A DNA stretch of 64,000 bases, taken from positions 2,976,001 through 3,040,000 of the forward strand of contig OZ244034.1 in the NCBI GenBank assembly GCA_965215185.1. The letters run 5' to 3'. Both the position numbers and the translations under genes were made by a program. The notes under the pieces were generated by a model. The model was given only the letters and a program-made list of their open reading frames with translations. It was not told where the DNA came from and did not search any database. This document shows, in pieces, positions 58,332 to 64,000 of the stretch (positions are counted from its first letter, which is position 1; each line of letters opens with the position of its first letter). This stretch comes from Acidimicrobiia bacterium. Its GTDB lineage: Bacteria > Actinomycetota > Acidimicrobiia > Spongiisociales > ZC4RG35.

Positions 58332-60704
58332 ATGACGACAGTTCGCGAGCTACGCACCAGCCCCGAGGTGGGCGGGGTCGGCCACTCGGTGCTTCGCAAG
58401 GAGGACGACCGGTTCATCAGGGGCGCCGGCAACTATCTCGACGACCTCACCCTTCCCGGCATGCTGCACATGGCTATCCTGCGGTCCCCCGTGGCTCATG
58501 CCCGGATAGTGTCCATCGACTCCTCGGAAGCGATGGCCCTCGACGGCGTGCTGGCGGTCGTTACCGGTGAGGCTCTGGCGGCGCACGGGCTGGCCTGGAT
58601 GCCGACTCTGTCGGGCGACACGCAGGCCGTTCTTGCCACCGACAAGGTTCGGTTCCAGGGCCAGGAGGTCGCGGCGGTCATCGCCACCCATCCCTACATC
58701 GCCCGCGACGCCCTCCCGTTGATCGATGTCGACTACGAGGAACTCGAGGCGATCACCACGCCCCAGCAGTCCCTCGGCACTGACACCCTGATCCGGGACG
58801 ACAAGGAAGGTCAGACCGACAACGTCGCCTACACATGGGCGGCGGGTGATCAGGACTCCACGGACTCCGCCTTCGCGGCCGCAGCCAGGGTGGTGAGCCT
58901 CGACACCCACTACCCGCGGTCCCATCCGGCGCCGCTGGAGACGTGCGGGGTGGTCGCGGATGTCAACTCGATCACCGGGCAGTGCAACATCTACATGACC
59001 AGCCAGGCGCCCCACGCCATCAGGACGGTATTCGCCCTGGTAGCGGGGCTCCCGGAGGAGAAGATCCGGATCATCACGTGCGACATCGGCGGAGGCTTCG
59101 GCAACAAGGTGCCGGTGTATCCGGGGTACGTGGTGGCCACGGCCGCCTCGCTGTTGATCGGCAAGCCGGTCAAGTGGATCGAGAGCCGCACCGAGAACCT
59201 GATCTCCACCGGTTTCGCCCGCGACTTCCACATGCACGCCGAGTTGGCGCTGGACGGGGACAACCGGATCACCGCCATGCGGGCCGACATCCTCTCCGAC
59301 CAGGGTGCTTTCTTCTCGGACGCGCAGCCCAGCAAGTTCCGGGCCGGATTGTTCCACATCTGCACGGGCAGCTACGACTTCCCATCCGCTCATGTCACGG
59401 CCAAAGGCGCCTACACGAACAAGGCGCCCGGCGGGGTGGCCTACCGGTGCTCGTTCCGGGTGACCGAGGCCTCCTACCTGATCGAGCGGTTGGTGGACAA
59501 CGCCGCCCATGAGGTGGGGATGGACCCGACTGACTTCCGGGCCCTCAACTTCATCAACGCCGACCAGTTCCCCTACCTGTCGCCCACCGGGTTCGTCTAC
59601 GACTCGGGCGATTACCACGGGGCGATGGACCTGGCGAAGGAGATCATCGACTACGACGGTTGGCGGGCCCGCCAGGCGGAGCAGAACGCCGATCCCGACG
59701 CCACCAAGCTGATCGGTATCGGGGTGGCCTCCTTCACCGAGGTGGTGGGCGCCGGTCCCTCCCGCGAGTACGACATCCTGGGCCTCAAGATGTTCGACTC
59801 GGCCGAGTTACGGGTCCATCCGACCGGCAAGGCCATCCTGAAACTGGGTGTCCAGACCCAGGGCCAGGGGCACGAGACCACCTTTGCCCAGATCGTGGCC
59901 GAGGAGCTCGGGATCCCGTACTCGGACATCAAGGTCCAGTACGGCGACACCGACAACACGCCCTACGGCCTCGGTACGTACGCGTCTCGCTCCACCCCGG
60001 TGGGCGGGGCCGCCACGGCGATGGTCTCCCGCAAGCTGCGGGCCAAGGGCCAGAAGCTGGCCGCCCACCTGCTGGAGGCCGCCGAGGAGGACCTCGAGTG
60101 GGAGCCCGGCAAGTTCACCGTGCGTGGCACCGACCAGAGCGTCACCATCCAGGATGTGGCCTTCGCCGCCTACACCAACCATCCGGAAGGTATGGAGGCA
60201 GGTCTCGAAGGCGTCACCTACTACGACCCGCCCAACATGACCTACCCGTTCGGCACCTACATCGTGGTGGTGGAGGTCGACACCGGCGACGGGACGTGGA
60301 AGGTGCTGGACATGGCGGCGGTGGATGACTGCGGCGTGCGCATCAACCCGATGATCGTGGACGGCCAGATCACCGGCGGCCTTACCGAAGGGTTCGCCAA
60401 GGCCAACATGCAGTGGATCACGTTCGACGACGACGGCAACTGCATCGGGTCCAACTTTATGGACTACCTGGTGCCGACGGCGTGGGAGACGCCCAAGTAC
60501 AAACTGGGCGAGACCGTCACCCCGTCGCCCCATCACCCGATCGGGGCCAAGGGCGTGGGCGAGTCGGCCACGGTGGGTTCGCCGGCCGCTTTCACCAACG
60601 CGGTGATCGACGCTCTCTGGTCCAGGGGCGTGTCCAACATCGACATGCCGGTGCTTCCGCACCGCGTGTGGGGCGCGCTCAACGGTGTGGAGGCGGGTCC
60701 CTGA
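58332..60704 (+). CDS. coxL: Form I aerobic CO dehydrogenase large subunit
   Basis: Diagnostic AYRCSFR at 59439-59459; GGGFGNKVPVYPGY; HHPIGAKGVGES. Confidence 0.96.
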   Translation: MTTVRELRTSPEVGGVGHSVLRKEDDRFIRGAGNYLDDLTLPGMLHMAILRSPVAHARIVSIDSSEAMALDGVLAVVTGEALAAHGLAWMPTLSGDTQAVLATDKVRFQGQEVAAVIATHPYIARDALPLIDVDYEELEAITTPQQSLGTDTLIRDDKEGQTDNVAYTWAAGDQDSTDSAFAAAARVVSLDTHYPRSHPAPLETCGVVADVNSITGQCNIYMTSQAPHAIRTVFALVAGLPEEKIRIITCDIGGGFGNKVPVYPGYVVATAASLLIGKPVKWIESRTENLISTGFARDFHMHAELALDGDNRITAMRADILSDQGAFFSDAQPSKFRAGLFHICTGSYDFPSAHVTAKGAYTNKAPGGVAYRCSFRVTEASYLIERLVDNAAHEVGMDPTDFRALNFINADQFPYLSPTGFVYDSGDYHGAMDLAKEIIDYDGWRARQAEQNADPDATKLIGIGVASFTEVVGAGPSREYDILGLKMFDSAELRVHPTGKAILKLGVQTQGQGHETTFAQIVAEELGIPYSDIKVQYGDTDNTPYGLGTYASRSTPVGGAATAMVSRKLRAKGQKLAAHLLEAAEEDLEWEPGKFTVRGTDQSVTIQDVAFAAYTNHPEGMEAGLEGVTYYDPPNMTYPFGTYIVVVEVDTGDGTWKVLDMAAVDDCGVRINPMIVDGQITGGLTEGFAKANMQWITFDDDGNCIGSNFMDYLVPTAWETPKYKLGETVTPSPHHPIGAKGVGESATVGSPAAFTNAVIDALWSRGVSNIDMPVLPHRVWGALNGVEAGP

Positions 60705-60717
60705 ACTTTAGGGCTCG

Positions 60718-61611
60718 GTGACCATCCTCCGGCAGGCGGCTCGCCTGCAGGAGGATGGGCGGGCCTTCGCGCTGGCGACCGTCACCTGGTCACGCGGGCC
60801 GTCGTCCGGCAAGGGCGGATCGAAGGCGATCATCCACCCGGACGGCCGGGTGGAAGGCTGGTTGGGAGGTGCCTGTGCAGCCCCGACCGTGGTTCGTCAC
60901 GCTCTGGAGGCCCTCGGCGACGGCTCGGCACGGGTGCTGATGCTGGGCGAAGGTGACCTCCGGCCGGGTGTGACGGACGTGGCGATGGCCTGTGACAGCG
61001 AAGGCGCGATGGAGGTGTTCGTGGATCCGATCCTGCCGTCTCCCCACCTGATGGTCGTCGGGACCTCACCGATGACGGACACCTTGAGACGGATCGCCGA
61101 AGCGGTCGGGTGGCGGGCCGAAGTGGTCACCGAAGTCGGGGACATCGGCGGGGCCGGCAAACGCTCCTACATCGTGGTGGCCACCCAGGGTCACTTCGAC
61201 GAGCCCGCTCTGGAAGCGGCCCTCGCCACTCCGGCGGCGTATGTGGGTCTGGTGGCTTCCCAGAAGCGAGCATCGTCGGTGATCGCCTGGCTGCGGGAAC
61301 GGGGGGTGTGTGAAGGGGCGCTGACGAGGGTGCATGCCCCGGCGGGTATGGATCTCGGTTCGACCACCCACGAGGAGATCGCCGTCTCGGTGATGGCCGA
61401 GTTGGTGGCCTTCAAGGCGGCCGGAGCGGGAGCCCAGGTGGTGGACGTAGAGATGCCGCCCCATGTGGTAGACCCGGTGTGCGGCATGTCGGTGGACATC
61501 GCCGCGGCGCGTTTTGTCAGCCACTACGCCGGAGCCGAGGTCTACTTCTGCGCCGCGGGCTGTCAACGAGCCTTCGAATCCGATCCGTCGGCCTACGGAA
61601 GGCCTCGTTAG
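60718..61611 (+). CDS. XdhC/CoxF-family accessory protein with C-terminal YHS domain
   Basis: GWLGGACA, VVATQGHFDE, YVGLVAS.KR, PAGMDLG, EIAVS; DPVCGM..YFCAAGC. Confidence 0.88.
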   Translation: MTILRQAARLQEDGRAFALATVTWSRGPSSGKGGSKAIIHPDGRVEGWLGGACAAPTVVRHALEALGDGSARVLMLGEGDLRPGVTDVAMACDSEGAMEVFVDPILPSPHLMVVGTSPMTDTLRRIAEAVGWRAEVVTEVGDIGGAGKRSYIVVATQGHFDEPALEAALATPAAYVGLVASQKRASSVIAWLRERGVCEGALTRVHAPAGMDLGSTTHEEIAVSVMAELVAFKAAGAGAQVVDVEMPPHVVDPVCGMSVDIAAARFVSHYAGAEVYFCAAGCQRAFESDPSAYGRPR

Positions 61612-61666
61612 GGACCGATCCGATCCTTGACTCTCTCCAGCCGTACAGGCAACGCAAGGTTGTCAC

Positions 61667-62023
61667 CTACAGCCACCAGACCCAGGACTCTCCGGTAATG
61701 GGTGGACAGGCGACGAACTTTGACAGCGCAGCGATGACATTGCCGGGATAGGCGAGCGAGGCCCGGTTGAACCGGGTCGGGTTGGTGAAGATCACCCCCG
61801 CGTGGGCTGTGCCCGCGCTCGCCCGGCGAGTCATGAGAAGCGAGAAGACCCCTAGGTTCTCGGTAACCAGCACTCGGTCGGTGGCGGCGGCGTGGTCCAG
61901 CAGATCCGCGTCACTCAGTCCCCGCAGGGATGGTTCACCCGCCACGGCGATGACATCGATACCCTTCTCGGAGAGCGCCCCGCCAATGGTCGGCGAGTGC
62001 ATCTCATCGAGCAGGAGCCTCAC
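61667..62023 (-). CDS. DUF5615 PIN-like toxin (VapC45-like)
   Basis: MRLLLDEM, GLSDADLL..A....RVLVTEN, HAGVI. Confidence 0.82.
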   Translation of the reverse strand: MRLLLDEMHSPTIGGALSEKGIDVIAVAGEPSLRGLSDADLLDHAAATDRVLVTENLGVFSLLMTRRASAGTAHAGVIFTNPTRFNRASLAYPGNVIAALSKFVACPPITGESWVWWL

Positions 62024-62442
62024 TTCCTGAGTAACGCCTGCCGGCGGGCCCAGGCAGCCTCGGCTTCGTCGGCGGCCCGCGCCCTTTCAGCGAGTTCGGC
62101 ATCGATCTCGTCGGTGTAGTCCGCGTAGTAGGCGAGGCCTGCATCGACCATCGCAATGCTGACTGCCATCAAGTCGGCCGCTCGGGCTCTTCGCTGCTCG
62201 ACCGGAACGTCTCCGCCGACGATCGCGCCGATGACATCGGCCACTTCGGGCCCGCCGGCCAGCGCGGCCCGCCTCCCGGTCGGGCCCTCCCGGAAAACAA
62301 CGGCGGGGTGGGCGTCCATTCGCAGTCCCTCGTCGATCAGCCGTTCGGCGAGTGCCGAGACCGCCTGCCGGCGTGACGACGCTCGCGCTTTGAGACGGTG
62401 GTAGGCGGCATCGTTGGAGAATCGAATGGACACAACCGGCAT
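62020..62442 (-). CDS. Putative antitoxin (RHH-like plus DUF433-like domain)
   Basis: SIRF..LAERLIDEGLRM..HP.VVFREGPTGRRA.L.GGPEV..AYYA.Y.DEID; overlaps the toxin start. Confidence 0.78.
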   Translation of the reverse strand: MPVVSIRFSNDAAYHRLKARASSRRQAVSALAERLIDEGLRMDAHPAVVFREGPTGRRAALAGGPEVADVIGAIVGGDVPVEQRRARAADLMAVSIAMVDAGLAYYADYTDEIDAELAERARAADEAEAAWARRQALLRK

Positions 62443-62499
62443 GACTACAGTGTAGTCAGTTGTATTCACACCCTTGAAGGTCGATTCAGCCCTTCCCGA

Positions 62500-62965
62500 C
62501 CTCTCCGGCCAGCACTTCTTCTAACGAGAGCGGCGTGGCATGTTCTCGGGCCAGTCGGCGAGTTGGATAAGCGTCCCGTGGGCGCTGGACGGATAGATGG
62601 ATCACTCGCTCCAGACACCCGGATCGTCGTAGAGCCCGACCACCTTCAGCCCGCCGGGCGGCGTCGCTCACCGACGACACCTTGAAGGTGAGGTGGTGCA
62701 CGCCCTCGCCTCTCGACTGAAGGAACCGCCGGAGGAAGCAATCGTCCGAGACGGGGGCGAGGGCTTCGATCTTGGCGCCGCCCGGCAGCCGGTAGTGGAT
62801 CCACCTGAAACCCTGCCTGGCGTTGTCGGCCCCCGTGATGAAGGTACCTCCCAGTAGCTGGAATAGCCGAGCCGCCGCCCGGAGGTTGTGCACTCCCGGG
62901 GCGACGTGGTCGAGGTAGTCGATCAGATCGGTCAGCGGTTCCAGGTGTTCGGGAAGGTCGAGCAT
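62500..62965 (-). pseudogene. VOC / methylmalonyl-CoA epimerase-like gene, frameshifted
   Basis: LDHVA, KIEALAP, FL..RGEGVHHLTFKV; conserved IYPSSAHGTLIQLA lies in a different frame. Confidence 0.7.
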
Positions 62966-63134
62966 GGTTCCAACATCTCCGGGATGGCGCGAGAATCCGA
63001 CGCCCCCGCGTCGGGAGGCACCGGATCTCACTGTCTGTCGGGTCCGACCGACCGGGCGGCCGGACGATATTTTCTGTCTAGCTACTGGCGGGCATACCCT
63101 CGGTTGGGCCGATGTGCCTCTCGTAGACCTCGTC

Positions 63135-63265
63135 GAGCCCCCTGCGATGTCGGCTATGTACACTGTGTCCCCGCGCCTGGCCAACCGCTCGGCGATGCCC
63201 CGTCCGATTCCTCTCGCGCCACCGGTTGCCAGAGCCCCGATAGGGCGACCCGCTACCCACTCATG
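63135..63265 (-). pseudogene. SDR N-terminal remnant
   Basis: ATGGARGIGRGIAERLARRGDTVYIADI, preceded by a stop and then truncated. Confidence 0.6.
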
Positions 63266-63311
63266 GCCCCTCCGCCGGCAGCCGCAGTCATTAGCGCAGA
63301 GTGGTCAGCCG

Positions 63312-63920
63312 TCACCTGACCCCTTCCGTATCCAAACCCCGCTCGGTCAGCCAGGCGCCTCTGGGATGGCGGGCCGCCACCGAGAGATCGGCCGGCCGGT
63401 CGATATCGAGGGCGAACCCGAGCGAGGCGAGCACGACGGGAAGGTGGCCGCTGTGCAGATGGCGGTGGAAGCTGGCCACACCGTAGGAGAACGGGAAAGG
63501 GCCCGAACCGCCCAAGGCCGGGGTTCCCCCGTCGTACGAGAAGGCTACGACATGGCCGCCGGCTCGGACCGGCTCCAAAGCCCTGCCCACCTCTACCGCT
63601 GTGAGGCAGGGTAGGTCGGAGTGCAGGATCAACCACGGTCGACCCGCCGCGTAGCGGACGGCTTCTGCGGCTGCTCCGTCCAGACCCCCGCCCGGCGGAT
63701 CGGCCAGGACATGGAGGTTCCGGGTGGCCGCCCACTCCCTGACTTCGGGCGAGGATGAGACGATCAGCGGCGCCGGGCCCGCCCGCTCGACCACGCGGGC
63801 GGTGCGGGAGGCCAGGGCCCGGGCGAGGAGGGCCCGGGCCGTAGGATCCAGCGCGGCCGCCAGCCTCCGGAAGGCGTCCCGGAAGGATCGGATGGGCAGC
63901 GCGACCACCGGGTCCTGCAT
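63312..63920 (-). CDS. cofC: 2-phospho-L-lactate/PEP guanylyltransferase-like protein (F420 biosynthesis)
   Basis: LPIRSF..A..RLA, GLDGAA, SDLP, DGGT, F.YG..SF.RH, LDID.P.DL. Confidence 0.82.
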   Translation of the reverse strand: MQDPVVALPIRSFRDAFRRLAAALDPTARALLARALASRTARVVERAGPAPLIVSSSPEVREWAATRNLHVLADPPGGGLDGAAAEAVRYAAGRPWLILHSDLPCLTAVEVGRALEPVRAGGHVVAFSYDGGTPALGGSGPFPFSYGVASFHRHLHSGHLPVVLASLGFALDIDRPADLSVAARHPRGAWLTERGLDTEGVR

Positions 63921-64000
63921 CCTTGACCCTACGCCCTCGTGGTCTGCGAATGCCCGAGTCGGGGCAGCGGCCGCTCGTCGATCGGTATGTGGATGACCGC

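Overview
High-GC actinobacterial window; the RCC1/SLH and PPC/FN3/cadherin surface proteins and form I CO dehydrogenase suggest Acidimicrobiia (inference). Three zones. (1) 1-17.15 kb, core genes: mrdA-rodA-rne-rplU-rpmA-obgE-proB, trkH/trkA, coxD/coxE-like AAA+/VWA pair, two tandem gap genes (one lacks the catalytic Cys), a broken M23 peptidase, nadD-rsfS-tRNA-Ala. (2) 17.2-41 kb, a decayed island next to tRNA-Ala: integrase and IS256/IS110/IS481/IS3/IS30/ISL3 remnants, an RCC1-SLH protein, a frameshifted ~3,400-aa surface protein ending in an HExxH domain, an orphan TRAP receptor. (3) 41.2-64 kb: tRNA-Gln, tRNA-Glu, metabolic genes, three consecutive molybdenum-hydroxylase clusters (the last is form I CODH), a toxin-antitoxin pair and cofC. 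Top finding: an IS110 element (~36713-38191) whose non-coding left end folds into a two-loop bridge RNA. Its four guide segments match the element's own ends and its insertion site, which is the terminal repeat of an ISL3 element, and the recombinase carries an extra C-terminal XRE-like HTH. All calls are by eye; no searches or folding software were run.
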